DNA of 64,000 nucleotides from positions 288,001 to 352,000 of the forward strand of contig OZ220090.1 in the NCBI GenBank assembly GCA_964291625.2. Direction: 5' to 3'. The translations under genes and the position numbers were made by a program. The notes under the pieces are model-generated. The model made no database searches. It was not told the DNA's origin and worked only from the letters and a program-made list of their open reading frames with translations. Each line of letters begins with the position of its first letter. Position 1 is the stretch's first letter. Shown piece by piece: positions 29,564-38,634 of this stretch. The DNA comes from Candidatus Latescibacterota bacterium (GTDB taxonomy: Bacteria > Latescibacterota > UBA2968 > UBA8231).

Positions 29564-30628
29564 TCACAGCCGGTAGAAGGCGCGGGCGTTCTCCGACCAG
29601 ATCCGTTCCGTCAGGGCCTCGTCCAGGCGCACCGGCCAGGCCTCCGCGGGCGAGTCGAACCACCCGTGGGGGTAGTCCGTGGCGAAGAGGAGCATCTCGT
29701 CCGAGTCCATCTGCCCGATGATCTGCCCCAGCGGCTCCGGGTCCGCCGGCGCGTCCCAGGGCTGCACGGTGAGGCGGATGTGCTCGCGCATGTACTCCGA
29801 CGGCGGGCGCCTCACCCACGGCGTGTCGCTGCGCAGGCCCTTCCACTCCTTGTCGAGGCGCCACATGAGCGACGGCATCCAGGTGAACCCGCCCTCGACG
29901 AGGGCGACGCGCAGCCCCGGGAAGCGGTCGAAGGCGCCCTCCATGATCAGGCTGTTCACCTGGGACTGGAAGAGGGCGGCCATGCCCGCGTACTCCTCGA
30001 CGAAGCTCGTGGGCCATCCCGAGGGGGTCGACGGGTGGCCAGCGGCGCCGCCGTAGTGGATGGCCACGGCCAGGCCGTGGCGCACCGCCGCCTCGTAGAT
30101 CGGGTCGTGGCGCCGGTTGCCGTAGGGGACCAGGGAGCGCACCGGCAGGATCACCTGCACGAAGCCGGGGACGCCGCCGACGCGGTCGATCTCGGCGGCG
30201 GCCAGCACCGGGTCCTGGGACGGGACCACCACCGAGGCCCGCAGCCTCGGCTCCGGCTGCAGCCACTCCTCGATCTGCCAGGTGTTGACGGCCGCCGCCA
30301 GGGCCGCCCCGAGGTCGGCGTTGTGCACCGACGAGGCCTGGTAGTTGCAGGTCAGGACCCCGCGCTCCAGCTCCCAGGGGTCGAGGACGTGGTTCCGCAC
30401 TTGTTCCAGGGTGGACCCCGGTCCGTCGCCTTCGCCCCGGAAGTCGGGCCGGGCCGTCAGCGGCAGACCCGGCGGATAGTCGGAGGCGTCGGGTCCGCGG
30501 AAGCCCGAGTGGGTGGTGTAGTCGACCCAGTGGTCGGGCAGGTACGCCTGCAGGCCCTCGAGGGTGGGCGCGTTGTGGATGTCGCAGTCGATGAGGGGGC
30601 GGCCCCCGCGGTCGCCGAGGGTCTGCAC
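29564..30628 (-). CDS. Amidohydrolase_2-fold paralog, probable partner subunit
   Basis: IDCDIH, IHYGG, LVEGG, TDYPHGW, ENARAFYRL; clearly similar to the neighbouring gene. Confidence 0.88.
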   Translation of the reverse strand: MQTLGDRGGRPLIDCDIHNAPTLEGLQAYLPDHWVDYTTHSGFRGPDASDYPPGLPLTARPDFRGEGDGPGSTLEQVRNHVLDPWELERGVLTCNYQASSVHNADLGAALAAAVNTWQIEEWLQPEPRLRASVVVPSQDPVLAAAEIDRVGGVPGFVQVILPVRSLVPYGNRRHDPIYEAAVRHGLAVAIHYGGAAGHPSTPSGWPTSFVEEYAGMAALFQSQVNSLIMEGAFDRFPGLRVALVEGGFTWMPSLMWRLDKEWKGLRSDTPWVRRPPSEYMREHIRLTVQPWDAPADPEPLGQIIGQMDSDEMLLFATDYPHGWFDSPAEAWPVRLDEALTERIWSENARAFYRL

Positions 30629-30630
30629 CG

Positions 30631-31383
30631 TCAGAACCGCTCCAGCAGCAGGCCGGTGATGGCGTTGGGCCGCTGGTAGTAGCGGCGCGTGGCCTCGTCC
30701 GCCTCAGCCCAGAGCCGCCGCGGGAAGATCGTGTAGTTGCTGATCGGCGGCGCCGAGCGGCGACCGCAGTAGATGTGGATGGTGCGCCGCTCCACCGGGC
30801 TGCGGCGCACGTTGCCGGCGTGGAACATGCCGGCGTTGAAGAGGATCGCCGTGCCCTTCTCCCCCTCGACGTGGTGGGCCGTGTCCAGGTCGTAGTGGTC
30901 CAGGGGCGGCAGCTCGTCGCCCTGGGCCGAGCCGGGGATGAGGCTGAAGGTGTGGGCGGTGGCGTCCACGTCGCTCAGGTAGTAGGCCACGGAGAGGTAG
31001 TGGGTGGAGTACGGAGGCCGGGAGCCGAGTTGCGGCCAGCCGCCGCCGTCCCGGTGCCAGTTGCAGTAGGGCTCGCCGTCGTGGGGCCGGCGGATGCGCA
31101 CCGAGTGTTCCTCGGCGCACAGCTCGGGCCCGAGGATCGCCTCCAGCAGCGGCAGCAGGGACGGGGGCCGCATGGTGACGTCCATCTCCTCGTGGGCCAG
31201 GAGCATGTGCACGTTGAGGGTGACGTGGCCCTCCTCGCGCTCGGTCCAGAACGGCGAGCCGGCGGCCAGGTCGCGGTCGATGGCGTCGTTGGCGGCCTCC
31301 ACCTGGGCGGCGTCGAGGGCGCCGGGCACCACGAGGTACCCGGTGCGGGCATAGCGCTCCAGCTGGTCTGCAAACGCGTTCAT
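30631..31383 (-). CDS. PhyH family 2OG/Fe(II) dioxygenase
   Basis: YARTGYLVVP, WHRD, YYLSDV, FHAGN..R. Confidence 0.88.
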   Translation of the reverse strand: MNAFADQLERYARTGYLVVPGALDAAQVEAANDAIDRDLAAGSPFWTEREEGHVTLNVHMLLAHEEMDVTMRPPSLLPLLEAILGPELCAEEHSVRIRRPHDGEPYCNWHRDGGGWPQLGSRPPYSTHYLSVAYYLSDVDATAHTFSLIPGSAQGDELPPLDHYDLDTAHHVEGEKGTAILFNAGMFHAGNVRRSPVERRTIHIYCGRRSAPPISNYTIFPRRLWAEADEATRRYYQRPNAITGLLLERF

Positions 31384-31442
31384 GGCAGCCGGGGACGATA
31401 GTCCCGGGGGACCGCCGCCGTCCACATGGACCGGGGGGCGGC

Positions 31443-32198
31443 TCACGCGGTCCAGGGCTCCGGGTCGGCGAAGAGGCAGCGGGCCTCCGGACCCAGGCGG
31501 GCGGCCGCTTCCGGGCTCAGGGCGCTGGAGAACACCATGTGCGGGTCGTCGCGCCGGCAGAAGAAGCTGGTGAGGCTGTGTCGCGCCTCGCCGCTGTCGT
31601 TGCGGGTCGTGCCGTGCCACATGTGGCTGTTGATGACGACCACGGTGCCGGCCTCGCCGGGCACCAGCCTCTCCTCCGGGTGGGGCGCGGCCGGGTCCTC
31701 GAGGACGTCCGGAGCCTGCCCCCGGAGGTGGGTGCCGGGGATCACCCGGGTGGCGCCGTTGGCTTCGGTGAAGTCGGAGAGCATCCAGATCGAGTTGCCG
31801 ACCGCGCAGCGCCCGGGCGGCGGCGGCGGGCCGTTGTAGTCGACGTGGAGCTTCTGCTGCTCCGCGCCGGGGGGATGGGGCCGGCCGTGGACGCCAAAGG
31901 ACTTGATGTGCCCGTCGAGGAGGTGGCAGACGGCGGCCAGCACCCGGGGATGGGTGAAGCAGATGTCGAAGCCGGCCGACTTGTTCTGCATGTAGCTGGA
32001 CTCGGCGGGGCCGCCCTCGCGGCCGGTGCCCTCGCCGGCGTAGACCGCCTCTGCCGCGGCGATGAGTCCGGCGATCTGGGGCGGGTCCAGGATGCCGGGC
32101 AGCGGCAGGTAGCCCTCCCGGTCGAGGTGCGCCTTCTCCGCCGCCGACAGGGTGTCGCGCCGCACGCCCAGGGCCTCCAGGGCTTCGGGGAGCGTCAC
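31443..32198 (-). CDS. PhyH family 2OG/Fe(II) dioxygenase
   Basis: LDREGYL, QKLHVD, NGATRVIPGTH, WHGTTRN..R; GTG start overlapping an upstream TGA. Confidence 0.88.
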   Translation of the reverse strand: MTLPEALEALGVRRDTLSAAEKAHLDREGYLPLPGILDPPQIAGLIAAAEAVYAGEGTGREGGPAESSYMQNKSAGFDICFTHPRVLAAVCHLLDGHIKSFGVHGRPHPPGAEQQKLHVDYNGPPPPPGRCAVGNSIWMLSDFTEANGATRVIPGTHLRGQAPDVLEDPAAPHPEERLVPGEAGTVVVINSHMWHGTTRNDSGEARHSLTSFFCRRDDPHMVFSSALSPEAAARLGPEARCLFADPEPWTA

Positions 32199-32276
32199 CG
32201 GTCCCTTGTCCCGCCTTCGGTGGGCTTCGCGCTGCCGACCCGGAGTACCTCCAGCCGCCTGGGCCCCCGCTGCCGG

Positions 32277-33078
32277 CCGCGGCCCTCGGCCGGGTCCGCG
32301 CTGGCACACCCGCGCGCCTCCGGGGCCCGGGGCGGGGTGACGCGTGCCCCGCGGCTGGCCCGCGGCCCTCGGCCTGCTCCGGATGCGCCCGGCGCCTCTA
32401 GGGCTTCGGGCAGCGTCACGACTCCGTCGATCCGCTGCCAGCAGCCTGGTCCGCCGCGGCGGCGCGCACGTCGTCCTCGGTGATCCGTCCCGTGCGGCCG
32501 GTGCCGCGGACCTTCCGCCAGTCGATGCCGAGCTGCTGCGCAAGCCGCCGGGCCCGGGGGCTGATGGCCGGGGCCGAGGCCGCTCCAGCCGTCGCGGAGG
32601 ACTCCTGGGCGTCTGCCGCCCCGCCGGCCGGCGTCCCCGCGCCGGCCGGGGTCTGCCGGGGCGCCGAGGGTTCCGACGCTGGCGGAACGTCCGCGGCCCT
32701 CGGCCGGGTCCGCGCTGCCACACCCGCGCGCCTCCGGGGCCCGGGGCGGGGTGACGCGTGCCCCGCGGCTGGCCCGCGGCCCTCGGTCCGATCCGGATGC
32801 GCCCGGCGCCTCTAGGGCTTCGGGCAGCGTCACGACTCCGTCGATCCGCTGCCAGCAGCCTGGTCCGCCGCGGCGGCGCGCACGTCGTCCTCGGTGATCC
32901 GTCCGGTGCGGCCGGTGCCGCGGACCTTCCGCCAGTCGATGCCGAGCTGCTGCGCCAGCCGCCGGGCCCTGGGGCTGATCGCCGGGGCGGAGGACGGGTC
33001 CGCCGTCGCTGGGGGCGCCTGGGAGTCCGTCCCGCCGCCCGGAGCCGCCGTGCTGTCGGCCGGGGTCTGCCTGGGCGC
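32277..33078. repeat. Tandem duplication, 414-nt period, covering linker plus E3-binding (PSBD) domain, stop codon and a copy of the PhyH start
   Basis: 32277-~32664 aligns with 32691-~33078; about 300 nt nearly identical, linker part diverged. Confidence 0.92.
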
Positions 33079-33378
33079 ACCGGCCCCCGACCCTGCCGCC
33101 GCCGGCGCCGACGCCGAAGCCGGCGGTTCCTCGCCCTCGGCCAGCAGGTACCCGATGACCGTCCCAACGGCCACCGTGGCCCCCGGGCCGGGAGCGTCCG
33201 CGGGAATGTGCAGCCGCCCGGCGTCGAAGGACTCCACCTCGTTGATCGCCTTGTCCGTCTCCACCGTGAACAGGACCTCGCCGGCCTGCACCGCCTCGCC
33301 CGGCTTCTTCAGCCACTCCACGAGGGTGCCCTCCTCCATGGTCCAGCCCAGCCGGGGCATGACGATCTCGACGGCCAC
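32830..33378 (-). CDS. Truncated E2-like lipoyl carrier: lipoyl domain plus PSBD, no acyltransferase domain
   Basis: MPRLGWTMEEG, VETDKA lipoyl-Lys motif, [28 protein letters not shown] then stop; GAGGAG RBS. Confidence 0.88.
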   Translation of the reverse strand: MAVEIVMPRLGWTMEEGTLVEWLKKPGEAVQAGEVLFTVETDKAINEVESFDAGRLHIPADAPGPGATVAVGTVIGYLLAEGEEPPASASAPAAAGSGAGAPRQTPADSTAAPGGGTDSQAPPATADPSSAPAISPRARRLAQQLGIDWRKVRGTGRTGRITEDDVRAAAADQAAGSGSTES

Positions 33379-33380
33379 GG

Positions 33381-34364
33381 CTACTCCTCGGCGAGGGCGC
33401 GCACGGCGTCGGCCACGTGATCGGCGGTCGGCGCCACCGCCGCCTCCAGGGGGGCGCTGTAGGGGGTCGGCGCGTGGGTGCCGTTGAGGCGGCGCACCGG
33501 GGCGCCCAGGTCGTCGAAGCCGTGCTCCATCACCCGGGCGGCGATCTCGGCGCCGACGCCGCAGGGGCCGAAGGACTCGTCGGCCACCAGCAGCTTCCCG
33601 GTCTTGCCCAGCGACGCCAGGATCGTCTCCAGGTCGAGGGGGGCGAGGGTGCGCGGGTCGATGACCTCCACCGAGACCCCCTCGGCGGCGAGGGCGTCGG
33701 CGGCCTGCAGGCTCCGGGGCACCATGGGGCCGATGGCGACGACGGTGACGTCCGAGCCCTCGCGGCAGAGGCGCGCCTGGCCGAAGGGGATCTCGAACTC
33801 CTGCTCGGGGACCTCGCCCCGCAGGCCGAGGAGGGACTTGTGCTCCAGGTAGATCACCGGGTCGTCGCCGCGGAGGGCGGAAGCCATCAGCCCCTTGGCG
33901 TCGTATGGCGAGGCCGGCACGGCCACCCGCAGGCCGGGAACGTTGACGAAGAGCGGGTAGTAGCTGCCCGAGTGGTGGGTGGCGTGGCCGCCGCCGATGC
34001 CGACGCAGCCGCGCAGGAGCACGGGCATCCGCAGGCGGCCGCCGGACATGTACTGGATCTTGGCGATCTGGTTGGTCAGCTCGCCGGCGGCGTCGAGCAG
34101 GAAGTCGACGAACATGAAGTCGACCACGGGGCGGGTGCCGGTCATGGCGGCGCCGGCGCACAGGCCGACGAAGCCGCGCTCGCAGATCGGCGTGTCCCGC
34201 AGGCGCCGCGGGCCGAAGCGCTCGTAGAGGCCGGTGGTGGTGTTGAAGTTGCCGCCGCGCTCGCCGATCCCCTCGCCGAGGACGAAGATCGTCGGGTCCC
34301 GCTCCATGGCCGCGGCCAGGGCCTCGCGGGCGGCCTCGGTGTAGGTGATCCGGCGGCCGGCCAT
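33381..34364 (-). CDS. 2-oxoacid/acetoin dehydrogenase-type E1 beta subunit
   Basis: DTPICERG, ATHHS, DAKGL...DDPVIYLEHK, EVIDPRTLAPLD. Confidence 0.93.
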   Translation of the reverse strand: MAGRRITYTEAAREALAAAMERDPTIFVLGEGIGERGGNFNTTTGLYERFGPRRLRDTPICERGFVGLCAGAAMTGTRPVVDFMFVDFLLDAAGELTNQIAKIQYMSGGRLRMPVLLRGCVGIGGGHATHHSGSYYPLFVNVPGLRVAVPASPYDAKGLMASALRGDDPVIYLEHKSLLGLRGEVPEQEFEIPFGQARLCREGSDVTVVAIGPMVPRSLQAADALAAEGVSVEVIDPRTLAPLDLETILASLGKTGKLLVADESFGPCGVGAEIAARVMEHGFDDLGAPVRRLNGTHAPTPYSAPLEAAVAPTADHVADAVRALAEE

Positions 34365-35335
34365 CAGGATCCGCCTCCGTACACGTGGTCGCTCACGGTG
34401 GCCGGGTCCGGCCATGGGCTGCTCTCGGCGAAGGCGGCGGCCTCCTCGATCTCGGCGTCCACCTCGGCGGCGACCGCCTCCAGGTCGTCCGCCGAGGCCG
34501 CGGAACCGTCCAGCAGGGCATGCGCCAGGAGGGGGATCGGGTCCCGTTCCCTCCAGCTGTCGATCTCCTCCCGCGAGCGGTAGCCGCCGTCGCCCATGCC
34601 CTCGGCGTGGGGCCGCGTGCGGTAGGTACGGCACTCCACCAGGGAAGGGCCGCCGCCGGACCGGGCCCGCTCCACGGCCGCGCCGGCCGCCGCGTACACG
34701 GCCAGCACGTCGTTGCCGTCGACGCACTCGCCCGGCATGCCGTAGCCGGCGGCTCTTCCGGCCACGTCGGTGTTGCGCGCCGCGTAGTCGAAGGGGACCT
34801 CGGTGGCATACATGTTGTTCTCGCAGACGAAGAGCACCGGCAGGTCCCAGATGGCGGCCAGGTTCAGCCCCTCGTGGAAGGCGCCGTTGCCCACGGCCCC
34901 GTCGCCGAAGAAGGCGACCCCCACCCGGTCGGTCTCCAGCAGCTGGAAGGAGTAGCCGGCGCCGGCGGCCTGCAGGATGCAGGGTCCGACGATGCCGCTG
35001 GTGCCCATCATGCCCAGCTCCGGGGCGAAGAGGTGCATGCTGCCGCCGCGGCCCCCGGAGCAGCCCGTGGCCCGTCCGAAGAGCTCGGCCATCAGGGCCC
35101 GGGGCGGCACCCCCTTGGCCAGGGCGTGGCCGTGGCCGCGGTGGGTGCTGAAGACGGCGTCGTCGTGGCGCAGGTGGGCGCAGACCCCGGCGGCGACCGC
35201 CTCCTGGCCGACGTAGGTGTGGCAGGCGCCGGTGATCCGGCCGGCGGCGTACGACCGCGCCAGCTGCTCCTCGCAGCGGCGGATGCGCAGCATGGTGCGG
35301 TAGAGGTCCAGCTGGACGGCAGGGGAGGGGGTCAT
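34364..35335 (-). CDS. ThDP-dependent dehydrogenase E1 alpha subunit
   Basis: GQEA, STHRGHGH, GRGGSMH, FFGDGA...ENN ThDP motif, TYR..H. Confidence 0.93.
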   Translation of the reverse strand: MTPSPAVQLDLYRTMLRIRRCEEQLARSYAAGRITGACHTYVGQEAVAAGVCAHLRHDDAVFSTHRGHGHALAKGVPPRALMAELFGRATGCSGGRGGSMHLFAPELGMMGTSGIVGPCILQAAGAGYSFQLLETDRVGVAFFGDGAVGNGAFHEGLNLAAIWDLPVLFVCENNMYATEVPFDYAARNTDVAGRAAGYGMPGECVDGNDVLAVYAAAGAAVERARSGGGPSLVECRTYRTRPHAEGMGDGGYRSREEIDSWRERDPIPLLAHALLDGSAASADDLEAVAAEVDAEIEEAAAFAESSPWPDPATVSDHVYGGGS

Positions 35336-35337
35336 GC

Positions 35338-36153
35338 TCACCCCGTGATCCCCGGCCCGCCGGGGTAGGAGGCGCCGGCGTTCATGGCGAGGTTGCCGCC
35401 GTCCACGGGCAGCAGGACCCCGGTGACCCAGCGCGACGCGTCCGAGGCCAGGAAGACGGCCGCCCCCTTCACGTCGTCGGGCTCCCCCAGGCGGCCCCGG
35501 GCCAGGCCCCGCAGCCACTGCTCCTCCATGCGCGGTTCCCGCTCGATGCGCTCCCGCAGGTGGGGGTTGAGGATCTGCGCCAACAGGATGGCGTTGACCC
35601 GCACGCCGCGGCTGGCCCACTCGGTGCTCAGCTCGCGGGTCATCTGGGCGACGCCGCCCATGGCGGCGCTGTAGGCCATGTGGCCTCGGCCCATGGCGGT
35701 CAGGCTGGCCAGGGAGCCGATGTTGATGATGCTGCCCCCGCCGGCGGCGAGCATGCGGCGCCCCGCCTCCTGGCAGCAGCAGAACCGCCCCACCACCAGC
35801 CCCTGGAGCGACTCCTTCACGTCCTCCAGGTCCAGCTCCTCAGGCGGCCCCAGGACGATCCCGCCCCCGGCGACGTTGGCTACGGCGTCGATGCGGCCGA
35901 ACTCGCGATCCAGGCGCTCGAACATGGGCCGGATCTGCTCCGGGTCGGAGACGTCGCAGCGCACCGGCACGGCGCGCCGGCCGAGGGCCTCGACGTCGGC
36001 GGCGGTCGCTTCGGCTCCGGCCTCGTCGAGGTCGGCCAGCATCAGGTCGGCGCCGGCCTCGGCCAGACCCAGGCCGATGGCGCGGCCGACGCCCCGGGCG
36101 GCGCCCGAGACCAGGGCGGCGCGCCCGCTCAGATCGAACAGGGACTGGGTCAT
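35338..36153 (-). CDS. SDR oxidoreductase with atypical YxxxM active-site motif
   Basis: SGAARGVG, NIGS, YSAAMGG, VDGG. Confidence 0.9.
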   Translation of the reverse strand: MTQSLFDLSGRAALVSGAARGVGRAIGLGLAEAGADLMLADLDEAGAEATAADVEALGRRAVPVRCDVSDPEQIRPMFERLDREFGRIDAVANVAGGGIVLGPPEELDLEDVKESLQGLVVGRFCCCQEAGRRMLAAGGGSIINIGSLASLTAMGRGHMAYSAAMGGVAQMTRELSTEWASRGVRVNAILLAQILNPHLRERIEREPRMEEQWLRGLARGRLGEPDDVKGAAVFLASDASRWVTGVLLPVDGGNLAMNAGASYPGGPGITG

Positions 36154-37217
36154 CCTTCCTCCAGGAGGGCGGGGTCGTGGGGCTTCAGCGGCACCCGGGG
36201 CACGACCTCGGGGTTGACGACTTGATCGGGGCGGGGCATGTGGCCGTGGAGCACGCAGGCCAGGTTCTCGACGCTGCCGGTGGCCACGTCCCGCGTCGAC
36301 TCCACCGAGAGGGCCGAGACGTGGGGCGTGGCGATGACGTTGGGGGCGGTGATGAGCGGGTGGGTGGGCACCTCCTCGGTCTCGCCGAAGATCTCGATGA
36401 TGCCGAAGGTGTCGAGGCCGGCGCCGCCGAGGCGTCCGGAGCGCAGCAGCTCGGCGAGGGAGTCCTCGTCGACGATGTCGCCCCGCGAGGCGTTGATCAG
36501 GTAGGCGCCGGGCTTCATGCGCTCTAGGCGCCCGCGGTCGATGAGCCCCCGGGTCTGCCCGGTCAGGGGCAGGTGGAGGGAGACGAAGTCCGAGCGCTCC
36601 AACAGCTCGTCGAGATCGATCATGTCGACGCCGAGCTGGTCGGCCTCGGGCGAGGGCCGGTCCATGTCGCGGCGGGTGGCGATCACCGTGAGGCCGCAGG
36701 GCAGGGCGCGGCGGGTCACGGCGATCGCCGAGGCGCCCCAGCCGACGAGGCCCAGGGTGAGACTGGACAGGCGGCGCAGGGCCAGGGACTCGGCGCGGGC
36801 CTGGCGGAAGGCGCCGTCCAGCATGTGGCTGGCCATGCGCGGGATCCGGCGGCCGAGGGAGAGGATCATGGCCATCACGTGGTCGGCCATCTCCTCGGTG
36901 CTGAAGTCGGGGACGTTGGAGACGACGATGCCGCGCTCGGTGGCGCGGACCACGTCGATGCGGTCGGTGCCGTTGCCGATGCGGGAGATGAGGGCGCACC
37001 GATCCAGGCCGTCGACGACGGCGGCGGGCAGTTTGGCCGAGACCACGCAGACCGCGTCGGCGTCGCGGACGTGGGGCAGGATCTGCTCCGGCTCGGCGGC
37101 CTCGACCTCCAGCGGGCACACCCCGAGGCTCTCGAGGAGCCGGCGCTCGGTCTCGGACATGGGGAACAGCTCCGCGTTGAGGCGGACCACCCGGGCCTCG
37201 GAAGGTGATGGCGGCAA
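36150..37217 (-). CDS. D-isomer-specific 2-hydroxyacid dehydrogenase (CtBP-like); start uncertain (TTG 37217 or ATG 37160)
   Basis: VSNVPD, GLVGWGAS, SLHLPLT, LINASRG, ATPHVS. Confidence 0.9.
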   Translation of the reverse strand: MPPSPSEARVVRLNAELFPMSETERRLLESLGVCPLEVEAAEPEQILPHVRDADAVCVVSAKLPAAVVDGLDRCALISRIGNGTDRIDVVRATERGIVVSNVPDFSTEEMADHVMAMILSLGRRIPRMASHMLDGAFRQARAESLALRRLSSLTLGLVGWGASAIAVTRRALPCGLTVIATRRDMDRPSPEADQLGVDMIDLDELLERSDFVSLHLPLTGQTRGLIDRGRLERMKPGAYLINASRGDIVDEDSLAELLRSGRLGGAGLDTFGIIEIFGETEEVPTHPLITAPNVIATPHVSALSVESTRDVATGSVENLACVLHGHMPRPDQVVNPEVVPRVPLKPHDPALLEEG

Positions 37218-37330
37218 ACGGCGGATCCTCCGGAGGACAGCGATGTCCGCCGGCCGGACGCCGGCGGCGGACGCGGGCGACAAGGTAGTGAGCCGGCCGG
37301 GAGCCGGAAACGCGCCCGCAGCCCGCGGCT

Positions 37331-38542
37331 TCAGGCCCAACCGGCGATGAAGCTGTCCACGGTGAGGGACTCGGGGACCTCGTTGAAGAAGTAGCGCGAC
37401 GCCCGCCCCTGGAAGCCGGGGACGGTGTGCTCCTCCTCGCCCTGCATGCTCCGGTCGACGGGCTCGAAGCGCGCCCACAGGGCCTTCGCCTCCGCCTCCG
37501 AGAAGCGGTCGCCCAGCCGCCGGCCCCACTGCAGGGTCATGGGGTGGACCATGGCCGCGAACTTGCGGTCCTTCTGCGGCAGACTCTCGAAGTCGGGATG
37601 GTGCAGGTTGCGGATGTCCCGGGCCGACTTGCTCAGGAAGATCGTGCTCTGTCGCTTGGCCATGGGGCCCGAGCCGGGGTGCAGCTCCTCCAGGGCGCGG
37701 TGGTAGCCCGGGCCGTCGCCTTCCAGGACGGCCCTCAGGGCGGCCTCCACGTGGTCGACGGCGAGGTCGCTGCGCCGCCGCCAGCGCTCGAAGGTGGCCT
37801 GCGCCCCGGGCGAGAGATGCTCGCAGAAGCGCGGGTCAGGGTAGTGGGTGAAGTTGGAGAAGCCGCCGTGGATGACGCGCCGCAGGCGGGTGCTGTAGTC
37901 GCTGGCCCAGTGCAGGATCGGCAGGATGTAGGCGACCCCGTCGCCGGCGGCCAGGTGGGTCTGCACGCCGCTGTCGAGAGGGGCGCGGTCGTTGCGGCTG
38001 AGTTGCTCCGCCTCCTCCGGCGTGTTCGGCCGCAGGTGGCTGCCGGGCACTACCCAGAGGACGTCGTCGTCGTAGAGGGTGAGGTTCCACTGCACGTAGC
38101 GGGGGCCGTTCTCGCGGATGTCCTCGGCGTAGCCCATGACCGAGGAGCTGTGGCCGGGGGCGAAGTCCCGGTGCCAGCGCGCCGGCCCGTGATCGCGCAC
38201 CGGGCTGCACATGAGCATCATCTCCGTCACCGCGGCGTCCTCGACGCCGAGGAGCCGGCTGCTGACGCCCTGGGTGTTTTCGTGGAGCCAGATCTCGATG
38301 GCGCCGGCGGTGGAGGCGTCGATCTCCCCGGCCATACCGCTCAGGGCCAGACGCGGCTGGGCGCCGGTCTCCCAGTGGCCGCCCGGCGGGTCTTCGGGGG
38401 CGCGGTCCCGGGCCCAGATGGCGCGCTGGCGGTCGACGAGGATCTCGTAGACGCGGCGCAGCTCCTCGAGCTGGTCGGGGGGGATGACCTGGCGGAGGAT
38501 GACGTAGCCCTCCTCGAGAAAGCGCTGGCGGTCCACCTCCAT
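37331..38542 (-). CDS. Long PhyH family dioxygenase with C-terminal extension
   Basis: FLEEGYVILR, WHRD, LWVVPGSH, ILHW...R. Confidence 0.85.
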   Translation of the reverse strand: MEVDRQRFLEEGYVILRQVIPPDQLEELRRVYEILVDRQRAIWARDRAPEDPPGGHWETGAQPRLALSGMAGEIDASTAGAIEIWLHENTQGVSSRLLGVEDAAVTEMMLMCSPVRDHGPARWHRDFAPGHSSSVMGYAEDIRENGPRYVQWNLTLYDDDVLWVVPGSHLRPNTPEEAEQLSRNDRAPLDSGVQTHLAAGDGVAYILPILHWASDYSTRLRRVIHGGFSNFTHYPDPRFCEHLSPGAQATFERWRRRSDLAVDHVEAALRAVLEGDGPGYHRALEELHPGSGPMAKRQSTIFLSKSARDIRNLHHPDFESLPQKDRKFAAMVHPMTLQWGRRLGDRFSEAEAKALWARFEPVDRSMQGEEEHTVPGFQGRASRYFFNEVPESLTVDSFIAGWA

Positions 38543-38634
38543 GATCCGGGATCCTCCTCTTTCTGGCGTGCAGGGCTGCCTGTGGCACCATAGGTTGTCG
38601 AACGACCCGAGGTCAACCTGCCGAAGGAGAGACC

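Noticed and set aside
28008-30266. 752-aa ORF suggesting an amidohydrolase-Rieske fusion
   Set aside because: A 1-nt insertion near 28490 bypasses the natural end (ILAGNARRLYGLD*, stop 28445); the Rieske gene has its own ATG at 28433, and the ORF's first part is a shadow frame of the upstream paralog.
32416-32832. TGA read-through or selenocysteine joining the two in-frame PSBD copies
   Set aside because: A second in-frame stop (TAG) follows six codons after the TGA.
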